DNA of 64,000 nt from Thermodesulfovibrionales bacterium (GTDB lineage: Bacteria; Nitrospirota; Thermodesulfovibrionia; Thermodesulfovibrionales; Dissulfurispiraceae): the NCBI GenBank assembly GCA_020062545.1, contig JAGUWD010000029.1, forward strand, positions 15,672-79,671, read 5' to 3'. The notes beneath the pieces are model-generated. The model was not told where the DNA came from, searched no databases, and saw nothing but the letters and a program-made list of their open reading frames with translations. A program made the translations under genes and the position numbers. Positions 36,037 to 44,613 of this stretch are shown piece by piece. The stretch's first letter is position 1; every line of letters begins with the position of its first letter.

Positions 36037-37416
36037 ATGGGGGACACAGAAGTCAGGAGGAGTGGAAGTCTTGCATTGGTCTTATTTTTATTAATCTCTG
36101 CTTTAATCTTTTCCATTTATCTATCAGAAAGTCACTCTATTGTAAACGCCCAGACCAAAGAGTCGTGCGTTACGGACAGGTGCCACAGCAAGATGGGAAA
36201 GGAGAAGTTTGTGCATGGCCCCGCAGCAGTGGGTGACTGTATGGCCTGCCATACAGGAGATGCAGCCAGACACAAATCATCGCCTTCCAGTTATAAATTC
36301 GCACCAATTAAGAATGTAGGAGAACAATGTTATAAATGTCATGACAGGGTAGATACAAAGAAAGAAGTTCACAAACCGGTCAAAGAAGGCAATTGCTCAA
36401 AATGCCACGATCCTCACCAATCTCCTTATAAATACCAGCTGCGTGGAGACGGACAGAACCTTTGCTTCATGTGCCATGACAAAAAGATTGCTGCCGGCAA
36501 ATTTGTCCATGGACCTGTTGCTGTTGGTGGATGCTCCATGTGCCACAACCCGCACCAGACAGATTTCCCCAAGATGCTGAATGCATCGGGAAATGATGTT
36601 TGCTTTATATGCCATACAGATAAGGCGGATGCATTCAAAGGAAAGAAGTTTAGCCATAAGCCTGTCCGGGAAAAGTGTACTAACTGTCACAGCCCTCATG
36701 CCGGCGACTATAAATACAATTTCAAGGCGGATGGCTCAAAGGACTTATGTCTGGGATGTCACAAGGATAAAAAAGAATGGATTGCCAATGTTAAAGTTAA
36801 ACACGGTGGTCTTGAAACAGACAAGAAATGTCTTGCATGTCATGACCCGCATGTCTCTGATTATGTGAAACAACTGGTAAAAGAACCCATGGATGTATGT
36901 ATGATGTGCCATGACAAGCCCCTTCAGGCCCCTGATAAAAAACTTCTCGATATGAAGACATATTTGGCTCAAAATAAAGACTGGCATGGTCCTATAAAGC
37001 AGAAGGATTGTTCGGCATGCCACAATACCCATGGTTCTGATAATTTCAGGATTCTCAGAAAATATTTTCCCCCTTTGTTTTATGCGCCATTTGACCCTAA
37101 AAATTACGAGCTATGCTTTAATTGTCACGAGAAGACGCTTGTACTTGATGCAAAAACTACAACACTGACAGGGTTCAGGAACGGTGACCAGAATCTCCAC
37201 TTTGTGCATGTCAATAAGGCGATTAAGGGACGTACATGCAGGGCGTGCCATGATGCACACTCAACCAATAATCCGAAACACATAAGGGATGCTGTGCCTT
37301 TCGGTGCATGGGGATTACCCGTGGGATTTCAGAAGACTGCAAACGGAGGCTCATGCCTGCCCGGGTGCCATCAGAAGTTCGAATACAACAGGATAAACCC
37401 GGTTAAAAACAGGTAA
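36037..37416 (+). CDS. multihaem cytochrome c, 13 CXXCH plus one CX4CH and one CX3CH
   Basis: Counted by eye: CMACH CYKCH CSKCH CFMCH CSMCH CFICH CTNCH CLGCH CLACH CMMCH CSACH CFNCH CRACH, plus CVTDRCH and CLPGCH; N-terminal TM/signal anchor. Confidence 0.9.
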   Translation: MGDTEVRRSGSLALVLFLLISALIFSIYLSESHSIVNAQTKESCVTDRCHSKMGKEKFVHGPAAVGDCMACHTGDAARHKSSPSSYKFAPIKNVGEQCYKCHDRVDTKKEVHKPVKEGNCSKCHDPHQSPYKYQLRGDGQNLCFMCHDKKIAAGKFVHGPVAVGGCSMCHNPHQTDFPKMLNASGNDVCFICHTDKADAFKGKKFSHKPVREKCTNCHSPHAGDYKYNFKADGSKDLCLGCHKDKKEWIANVKVKHGGLETDKKCLACHDPHVSDYVKQLVKEPMDVCMMCHDKPLQAPDKKLLDMKTYLAQNKDWHGPIKQKDCSACHNTHGSDNFRILRKYFPPLFYAPFDPKNYELCFNCHEKTLVLDAKTTTLTGFRNGDQNLHFVHVNKAIKGRTCRACHDAHSTNNPKHIRDAVPFGAWGLPVGFQKTANGGSCLPGCHQKFEYNRINPVKNR

Positions 37417-37421
37417 AGGCA

Positions 37422-37976
37422 ATGAAAAGACAGGAAAAAGAAGAGGTTAAGGTAGAGAAAGGCAAATTAAAGGAAAATATATTTCTGTTTCTCATTATAT
37501 TTTTCTTCTTTACCTTTACCTCTACCTTTACTTATGCCCAGGATAGGGAAAAGGCCGTCTCCCTCTATAAGGAGTCTGTCAAGTTTTTTGAAGACGGCAA
37601 TATAGATAAGGCAATAGAGACCATCAAAGAAGCGATTAATGCAGACCCGAATTACCCTGAAGCCTACGACCATTTAGGGTATATGTTTTTAAAAAAGGGG
37701 CAGCTTGACGAGGCGATCAATGCCTTTAACTCGGCACTGAAAATAAATCCGAGGATGCGGACTTCCAAAACAGGGATAGGCAGTGCGCTTATGAAAAAAG
37801 GGGATCTGAAAGGCGCTGAGTCTATCCTCAAAGAGGCATTGATACTCAATCCCTATCCTTCAATGACACATTATGTACTGGGACTTGTTTATGAAAAACT
37901 CGGTGACTATGAAAAGGCCATAATGCATTACAAGGAAGGCATAAAGACCTATAAGGTGAGGATAGGGAAGGAATGA
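37422..37976 (+). CDS. secreted TPR-repeat protein
   Basis: Signal peptide ...FTFTSTFTYAQ; three to four TPR units (A..Y...L..NP.. pattern). Confidence 0.75.
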   Translation: MKRQEKEEVKVEKGKLKENIFLFLIIFFFFTFTSTFTYAQDREKAVSLYKESVKFFEDGNIDKAIETIKEAINADPNYPEAYDHLGYMFLKKGQLDEAINAFNSALKINPRMRTSKTGIGSALMKKGDLKGAESILKEALILNPYPSMTHYVLGLVYEKLGDYEKAIMHYKEGIKTYKVRIGKE

Positions 37977-39082
37977 AGGCATCTTTTGAAAGAGAGAGAA
38001 TACTGATTGTACAGGCAATAGTATTTATTGCCTTAATTGCGGGCTCTTTTGTTTATACTGCTACTGCACAGGCATTGCTCCAGATAGGGGCTCAAGCTCC
38101 TGAATTTACGCTCAAGGATATAGATGGCAAGGACATAAGCCTTTCACAATATTCACAGAAAAAGGCGGTTGTGGTTCTGTTCTGGTCAACATGGAGCGCC
38201 AAGTCCCCCAATGCCCTTAAAAGATTTGAAGATTTTTATAAAAAATACAAAGACAGGGGAATACAGGTAATCGCAATCAACGCTGATAACCAGACGATTT
38301 CGAGCGAAGACATGGAAAAGATAAAAAAACTTGGTAAAGAACTTGATATTACATTTCCAATGCTTCTGGATAAGGGATTAAAAACGTTTCACGAGTATAG
38401 TGTTATAGCGCTCCCATCCACGATAATCTTATCCGAGGGAAAGATAACATATGAGCTGCCAGGATTGCCGCTTGTAGGCGCGGAGGACATGTTCGATTAT
38501 CTTCTTGTGCTGGCAGGCGAGCAGCCTAAGAAGAAGATGGAGCCCAGATACAAGCCACGGCATGATGCAATAGCAGATACAAACCTTGCAAGGGGATTTG
38601 TAAAGAGAAAAAAATACGATATGGCATATCCTCTGTTTAAGAAGGCGATAGAGAAAGATCCGAAGTATATGCTTCCTTATGTGGAGCTTGCAAGGCTCTA
38701 TGAGACGGAAGGGAAGAATCCGGAGGCTGAAGAGACCTTTAAGAACGCACTTAATGCAGAACCTGAAAATGTGGCGGTCATGAGTGAATTCGGTTATTTT
38801 CTTACAAAGCTCGGCAGGACAAAGGAAGCCATTGAAATCCTTGACAGGGCCGTGAAGAAAAATTCTTATACACCGGCTTATTATTATCATGCCTATGCCC
38901 TTGCAAAAAACGGACAGATTAAGGATTCTCTCGGTGCTTTTGAGGGTGCCCTCTCAATGAACCCATATGACCCAAAGCTATACTCTCTGAGGGGAGAAGT
39001 TTATGAGAACAGCAAGATGCTGAAAGAAGCGGCATCTGATTACAAAAAGGCTCTCGAACTTATTTTGAAGATAAAAGAATAG
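37973..39082 (+). CDS. thioredoxin-fold (TlpA/ResA-like) domain lacking both active-site Cys, fused to TPR repeats (paralogue 1)
   Basis: APEFTLKDIDGKDISLSQY..KAVVVLFWSTWSAKSP: the WCxxC position reads WSAKS; C-terminal TPR units. Confidence 0.75.
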   Translation: MKASFERERILIVQAIVFIALIAGSFVYTATAQALLQIGAQAPEFTLKDIDGKDISLSQYSQKKAVVVLFWSTWSAKSPNALKRFEDFYKKYKDRGIQVIAINADNQTISSEDMEKIKKLGKELDITFPMLLDKGLKTFHEYSVIALPSTIILSEGKITYELPGLPLVGAEDMFDYLLVLAGEQPKKKMEPRYKPRHDAIADTNLARGFVKRKKYDMAYPLFKKAIEKDPKYMLPYVELARLYETEGKNPEAEETFKNALNAEPENVAVMSEFGYFLTKLGRTKEAIEILDRAVKKNSYTPAYYYHAYALAKNGQIKDSLGAFEGALSMNPYDPKLYSLRGEVYENSKMLKEAASDYKKALELILKIKE

Positions 39083-39086
39083 AAAA

Positions 39087-40193
39087 GTGGAAGCCAAGAA
39101 AAAGGCAACGGCAAAGATTCTCCCCCTGCTGTTGCTACTTTTTTCAGTTTTTTACCTTGTTACTCTACCTGTTTCTGCACTGGCATTGCTCCAGACAGGG
39201 GCACAGGCCCCTGAGTTCGCGCTCAAGGATATAGATGGCAGGGATGTGAGTCTTTCACAATATTCGCAGAAAAAGGCGGTTATAGTTCTGTTCTGGTCCA
39301 CATGGAGCGCCAATTCTCCAAAGGCTGTGAAAAGATTCGAAGAGTTTCACAGAAAGTACAGGGACAGGGGGATACAGGTAATTGGAATAAATGCGGACAA
39401 CCAGACTATTTCTAAAGAAGATGTGGAAAATATAAAAAAATTTCTTAAGGAGATGGATGTCACTTTCCCTGTTATTTTAGACAAGGGATTGAAGACATTC
39501 CATGACTACGGGGTTATTGCACTGCCGTCTACTGTAGTTATATCTGAAGGCAAGATAACCTATGAGATGCCCGGACTTCCACTTGTAGGCACAGAGGATA
39601 TGTTTGATTATCTCTTTGTGCTGGCAGGCGAGACGCCTAAAAAGAAGATCGAACCCCGATATGTACCTCATCACGATGCAGTTGCTAATGCGAATCTTGC
39701 CATGAGATTTGTGAATAAAAAGATGTACGAGATGGCGTACCCTCTTTTCAGAAAGGCGATAGAAAAGGACCCGAAGTATATGCTTCCGTATGTGGAGATG
39801 GCTAAGCTTTATAATGTTGAGGGGAAACTTGTAGAGGCAGAGGAGACTTTAAGGAAGGCGCTGTCTGTAGAGCCTGACAATGTGGTCGTGACAGGCGAGC
39901 TTGGGTATATCCTGTCAAAAGCAGGTAAAATCAAAGATGCAATGTATATCCTTGAAAGGATTGTTAAGTTGAATTCACATGCGCCCATCTATTATTATTA
40001 TGCCTATGTACTTGCAAAAAATGGGCAGATGAAGGAATCGATGAATGCCTTTGACAAGGCGATTGCTCTTAATCCTTACGAGCCGATGATTTATTTATTG
40101 AGAGCCGAAGTTTATGAGAACAGCATGATGCTGAAAGAGGCGGCATCTGATTACAGGAAGGCTATCAAACTTATTTTAAAGATAAGAGAATAG
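39087..40193 (+). CDS. thioredoxin-fold domain lacking both active-site Cys, fused to TPR repeats (paralogue 2)
   Basis: Roughly 70 percent identical by eye to 37973-39082; the active-site position reads WSANS. Confidence 0.75.
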   Translation: MEAKKKATAKILPLLLLLFSVFYLVTLPVSALALLQTGAQAPEFALKDIDGRDVSLSQYSQKKAVIVLFWSTWSANSPKAVKRFEEFHRKYRDRGIQVIGINADNQTISKEDVENIKKFLKEMDVTFPVILDKGLKTFHDYGVIALPSTVVISEGKITYEMPGLPLVGTEDMFDYLFVLAGETPKKKIEPRYVPHHDAVANANLAMRFVNKKMYEMAYPLFRKAIEKDPKYMLPYVEMAKLYNVEGKLVEAEETLRKALSVEPDNVVVTGELGYILSKAGKIKDAMYILERIVKLNSHAPIYYYYAYVLAKNGQMKESMNAFDKAIALNPYEPMIYLLRAEVYENSMMLKEAASDYRKAIKLILKIRE

Positions 40194-40239
40194 AATTGTT
40201 CGCCAAATAAAATAAAAAGCCTAAGATAAAGGGGAGAGT

Positions 40240-41232
40240 GTGAAGAAACTTGCTGTAACTATAGTATCCGGTCTTTTTCTTGCTCTTATTGCTGCAACCT
40301 TTGCGCTCGGCAATTCCGGGAGATTTTCCATAATCATGCCTGTTGATTACAGTATGGTCGAAGGGGAACTCATCCCCATTGTTGTAAGATTGAGCAATAA
40401 TGTAGATGCGATTACCATCATCAGAAATAATGACGAGATTTTCAAGGGGACTGATGTCAAGGGGAAAGAGTATTTGTGCAAAACAGTGAAATTAAATTTT
40501 GGTCCCAATGAAATAACTATAAATGCCTTTGAAGGCGGTAGGGTTATTGAATCAAAAAGGGTTGCTGTTTTTTACAGGTCAGACTTATCAAGGGAATACA
40601 GGATTAGTCCTCCAGAATTCCAGAAAAAGCCGTTTCACATGGAAAATAATGAAAAACCATGTCTTTCATGCCATGAGATGAAGATTTCAGAAAAGGATAT
40701 AAAACCACAGAGGCCAGTTGATTCCATGTGTTACCCATGCCATAAAAAGATAACAGGATACGGTTATGTCCACGGCCCTGCTGCTACATGGAATTGCCTG
40801 TCCTGCCATGACAGAAATGCAAAGCCGGTTAAATACATCACGCAGAAGCCTGACAGGGACTTATGTTTTGTATGTCATAAGGAAAAGAAAGAGGAGTGGA
40901 TGCCTAAGAAGTACTGGCACGGTCCGACAGCAACAGGGAAATGCACTATCTGCCATAACCCCCATGCCACAAACAATATCTCATGGCTCAAAAAACCATC
41001 GTGGGATTTGTGTATCACATGCCATGAAGACAGAGCCTCCGGCCGGCATGTAGTTGCCGGATTTGTTTTTGGGTCTTCACATCCTACAAAAGGCAGGCCC
41101 GACCCCCTGCGCCCTGGAAAGGAGCTTTCTTGCGCAAGCTGTCATAATCCCCATGCCGCTAATTCAAGGGCTTTATTTGCCAATGATTTGATCAGCCCGG
41201 GTAGTCTGTGCCAGATGTGTCATAAGAAATAG
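40240..41232 (+). CDS. octahaem cytochrome c with about 130-aa non-haem N-terminal domain
   Basis: CLSCH CYPCH CLSCH CFVCH CTICH CITCH CASCH CQMCH; signal peptide. Confidence 0.9.
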   Translation: MKKLAVTIVSGLFLALIAATFALGNSGRFSIIMPVDYSMVEGELIPIVVRLSNNVDAITIIRNNDEIFKGTDVKGKEYLCKTVKLNFGPNEITINAFEGGRVIESKRVAVFYRSDLSREYRISPPEFQKKPFHMENNEKPCLSCHEMKISEKDIKPQRPVDSMCYPCHKKITGYGYVHGPAATWNCLSCHDRNAKPVKYITQKPDRDLCFVCHKEKKEEWMPKKYWHGPTATGKCTICHNPHATNNISWLKKPSWDLCITCHEDRASGRHVVAGFVFGSSHPTKGRPDPLRPGKELSCASCHNPHAANSRALFANDLISPGSLCQMCHKK

Positions 41233-42768
41233 ATGATGAAGCTATTCAAAAGTGTAAGGTTTAGACTGCTGATATTATCGCTCCTTGCTGTATTCGTCAT
41301 TACATCCATGGTAGTCCTGTCGGATGTGCTTGATACAAACGAGAGACTTATTGCAGCCCAGAAGGAAAAGTCCGTACTGCTGTCCGATACCATAAAACAG
41401 AGCATAATGCTTCTCATGCTCGAAAATAGATGGAAGGAGCTCCAGGTACTGATAGAAGATTTATCAAAAAACAATCCTGAATTAAAAGAAGTGAGGATAT
41501 TCCATCCGGTTTCGGGCCGTATTATTATATCCAACGAAACCGAGGATATAGGGAAGAGGATATATGAAAAGGACTGGAACAGATTTATAAAGCAGGAGGA
41601 GTCGCCTTTTGTGATAAAAAAACATGGCAGTATGTTTGCCACCCGCGTGTTACCGATTAAGAACATGCCACCCTGCTATAGGTGTCATCCACCCGAACAG
41701 AAAACACTGGGGGTCCTCGATGTTGAGATATCCCTTGCAGTTGCCCATGAATCCATAAAGGCATCGACATATAAACATATCACAGGACTTGTCGTCGGAT
41801 TTGTTGTAATAAGTATGATATTTCTTATCGGCGGAGAAAGACTTATTAACACTCCTCTGAGGGAATTAATAAATGTGATGAAAAAGGTGGAGTCAGGGGA
41901 TCTGTCGATCAGGATTAAAGAGATGAGAAATGACGAGTTCGGTTATCTATCTGGTGCATTCAATCATATGATTGATACCCTTGAGTCTGCAAAGAAGGAA
42001 ATAGAGAGATGCCACATGCAGCAGATGGAAAGGGCATCGAAGCTTGCATCCCTCGGAGAGATTATCTCCGGAATAGCCCATGAGATAAAGAACCCGCTGG
42101 CCGGCATAAGCTGTGCTATCCAGGTGTTTAATTCCGAACTAAGCGACGACGACAGCAGGAAGCCCGTTATTACCGAGGTTTTAAATCAGGTAAACAGGCT
42201 CGACAGAATAGTGAAGGACCTTTTGAGCTATGCAAAACCCAAGCCCCCCATGTTTGTGCCTTCGCGGATAAGCGAGATTTTAGAGAAGACCCTTTTCTTT
42301 GTGTATCCCGAGGCAAAAAAACAGAACATAGTTATCGACAATCAAGTCAGCAGCGAAATCCCTGAAATACTCATGGATCCCGACCAGGTACAGCAGGTGT
42401 TCCTGAATATAACCATAAATGCTATTCACGCAATGCCTAATGGCGGCATATTGACTATATCAGTATCAAAGAAAGACAGACAGGAAGTGCAGGATGAGAT
42501 AAAAAGGCTTGTACAGGATGATAAGTTTATAGCTGTTAATTTTCATGATACAGGCAAAGGCATATTACCGGAGGACTTAACTTACATATTCGAGCCGTTT
42601 TTTACAAAAAAGACCAAAGGCACAGGTCTTGGATTGTCTATAAGCCGTAAGATTATTCAGGAGCACGGCGGCGATATTACAGTGCGAAGCGAAGTTGGTA
42701 AGGGAAGCTTATTTACTGTATACTTACCGATAAAAAGTTCACAGCCTACGGTTCACGGTTCACAGTAA
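41233..42768 (+). CDS. sensor histidine kinase with a periplasmic CXXCH (haem c) domain, HAMP, HisKA, HATPase
   Basis: Two TM helices flank a roughly 150-aa loop containing PPCYRCHPPEQ; HAMP; H-box GIAHEIKNPLAGI; GTGLGLSISRKI. Confidence 0.88.
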   Translation: MMKLFKSVRFRLLILSLLAVFVITSMVVLSDVLDTNERLIAAQKEKSVLLSDTIKQSIMLLMLENRWKELQVLIEDLSKNNPELKEVRIFHPVSGRIIISNETEDIGKRIYEKDWNRFIKQEESPFVIKKHGSMFATRVLPIKNMPPCYRCHPPEQKTLGVLDVEISLAVAHESIKASTYKHITGLVVGFVVISMIFLIGGERLINTPLRELINVMKKVESGDLSIRIKEMRNDEFGYLSGAFNHMIDTLESAKKEIERCHMQQMERASKLASLGEIISGIAHEIKNPLAGISCAIQVFNSELSDDDSRKPVITEVLNQVNRLDRIVKDLLSYAKPKPPMFVPSRISEILEKTLFFVYPEAKKQNIVIDNQVSSEIPEILMDPDQVQQVFLNITINAIHAMPNGGILTISVSKKDRQEVQDEIKRLVQDDKFIAVNFHDTGKGILPEDLTYIFEPFFTKKTKGTGLGLSISRKIIQEHGGDITVRSEVGKGSLFTVYLPIKSSQPTVHGSQ

Positions 42769-42845
42769 AAAATTATTTACTATTCACAGTGAACTGGCGA
42801 GGGTGACCTAATTTTGCCGTGAACAGTGAACAGTGAACGGTGAAC
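42737..42845. repeat. GTTCAC/GTGAAC heptamer-array palindrome between kinase and regulator genes
   Basis: Left arm ttcacag cctacgg ttcacgg ttcacag (overlaps the kinase C-terminus SSQPTVHGSQ*), central ttcacagtgaa, right arm ccgtgaa cagtgaa cagtgaa cggtgaa. Confidence 0.85.
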
Positions 42846-42861
42846 TATTTAAGGAGGCTAC

Positions 42862-44247
42862 TTGGTTCACGCAAAGATTCTTGTTGTAGATGATGAAAGG
42901 TTTATAACATGGTCTCTTAAGCAACACCTTGAGAAAGAGGGCTATGAAGTCTTCACTGCCGAATCGGGTGAAGAGGGGCTTGAGGTATTCAGGACAGAGC
43001 TGCCTGACATTATCCTCCTTGATATTCATCTCCCTGGAATAAGCGGTCTTGAAACCCTTGAAGCCATAAGGAAAATCAACAAGGAAGTCATTGTGGTTAT
43101 CATAACTGCCCATGGAGATATAGAGACAGCAGTTTCTGCTATAAAGTTAGGCGCATACGATTTTGTTGAAAAACCATTCGATCTGAACAGGATATCCGTT
43201 CTTATCAAAAAGGCGCTGGAAACGATAACCCTGAAAAGGGAAGTTACCTATCTAAGGGAAGAGCAATATGATAAGTATAGCTTTAACAACATAATAGGAC
43301 AATCCAAGTCCATGAAAGAGGTCATAGCCCTCGCAAAGAAAGTTGCAGAGAGCGATGCCAATATCATACTCATTCAGGGTGAGAGCGGTACAGGCAAGAA
43401 CCTCATAGCACGGGCCATCCATTACCACAGCGCAAGGGCATCCGAGCCCTTTGTCGAGGTTACGTCAACAGCCATCCCGGAGACGCTGATAGAGAGCGAG
43501 TTGTTTGGCTTCGAAAAGGGTGCATTCACAGATGCAAAGGCATCTAAAAAGGGGCTCTTCGAGCTTGCCAGCGGCGGCACGCTCTATCTCGATGAAATAG
43601 GAGATATCAAGCCTGCCACACAGGCAAAATTATTGAGGGTTATTGAGGATAAGACATTCAAGAGGGTAGGCGGGCTTAAGGATATAGTCGTGAATGTGAG
43701 GATTATCGCTGCCACAAATAAGAATCTCGAGAGTGCGGTTAAAGATGGCAGTTTCAGGGCTGATCTTTATTACAGGCTTAAGGTTATTCCCATATTCATA
43801 CCGCCGCTGAGGGAGAGGAAAGAGGATATAATCCCTCTCGCCATGCATTATATCAGGCTTTTCAACAGGGAGTTCAAAAAGAATGTAAAAGGCATATCTC
43901 CGGAGGCCGAAAAACTGCTTGTGAATTATCCGTGGTACGGCAACACGAGGGAGCTTAAGAATGTGATAGAGAGGATATGCATCCTTGAAGATACCGATGT
44001 CATATACCCGGAGCACATACCTTCGGAAATTGTCGATTATGTGGGTACTGCGGAGGTTTCTCCTGCAGAAGAGGAAAAGGCATCATTCAATATCCCTCCC
44101 GAGGGGCTTTCCCTCAAGAATGTGGAAAAGGATTTGATCGTAAAGGCCCTCCAGATGGTTAACGGCAACCAGACAAGGGCCGCAAGACTGCTTGGCATAT
44201 CGAGGGATGCGCTCAGGTATAAGATGCAGAAGTTCGGACTATTATAG
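42862..44247 (+). CDS. sigma-54-dependent response regulator (NtrC family: REC, AAA+, Fis-type HTH)
   Basis: ILVVDDE..D; GESGTGKN Walker A; GAFTDA (GAFTGA loop variant); C-terminal NQTRAARLLGISRDALRYKM; TTG start with RBS aaggagg. Confidence 0.92.
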   Translation: MVHAKILVVDDERFITWSLKQHLEKEGYEVFTAESGEEGLEVFRTELPDIILLDIHLPGISGLETLEAIRKINKEVIVVIITAHGDIETAVSAIKLGAYDFVEKPFDLNRISVLIKKALETITLKREVTYLREEQYDKYSFNNIIGQSKSMKEVIALAKKVAESDANIILIQGESGTGKNLIARAIHYHSARASEPFVEVTSTAIPETLIESELFGFEKGAFTDAKASKKGLFELASGGTLYLDEIGDIKPATQAKLLRVIEDKTFKRVGGLKDIVVNVRIIAATNKNLESAVKDGSFRADLYYRLKVIPIFIPPLRERKEDIIPLAMHYIRLFNREFKKNVKGISPEAEKLLVNYPWYGNTRELKNVIERICILEDTDVIYPEHIPSEIVDYVGTAEVSPAEEEKASFNIPPEGLSLKNVEKDLIVKALQMVNGNQTRAARLLGISRDALRYKMQKFGLL

Positions 44248-44595
44248 TTACTTCTTGTGGCACTGATTGCACAGAATTATTGTATCTAATCTTAACATCA
44301 TGGGGTCTTTTGAGTGCTGGTCATGGCATGTAATGCATGTGAGCTTCCCTTCTTTTGTCAGAGGAAGGTTTTTTGGTACGGGATATTTAGGGATTATATC
44401 GACTATATGTTCTCCTGCTTCTACCCTCTCCCGATGACAGGTGATGCACAGTTCGGTAAGAGGTTTTTTTACAGGCCCTCCGTTATGAGATATATGACAT
44501 GCTGTGCACTCTTTTGTCTGGAGTGCAGAAGTCTGATGAGATACCATCAGTGGTATAAAAATTGATAAAACAAAAATGTAAATAGTATGTTTCAT
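44248..44595 (-). CDS. small periplasmic tetrahaem cytochrome c
   Basis: CTACH CITCH CITCH CNQCH; signal peptide; its stop abuts the regulator stop. Confidence 0.85.
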   Translation of the reverse strand: MKHTIYIFVLSIFIPLMVSHQTSALQTKECTACHISHNGGPVKKPLTELCITCHRERVEAGEHIVDIIPKYPVPKNLPLTKEGKLTCITCHDQHSKDPMMLRLDTIILCNQCHKK

Positions 44596-44613
44596 AAGAT
44601 ATATAGACAAAAA

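Noticed and set aside
37973-40193. Annotating the Trx-TPR paralogues as functional ResA/TlpA thiol-disulfide oxidoreductases
   Set aside because: Both lack any Cys at the WCxxC position (WSAKS and WSANS), so a redox role is not supported.
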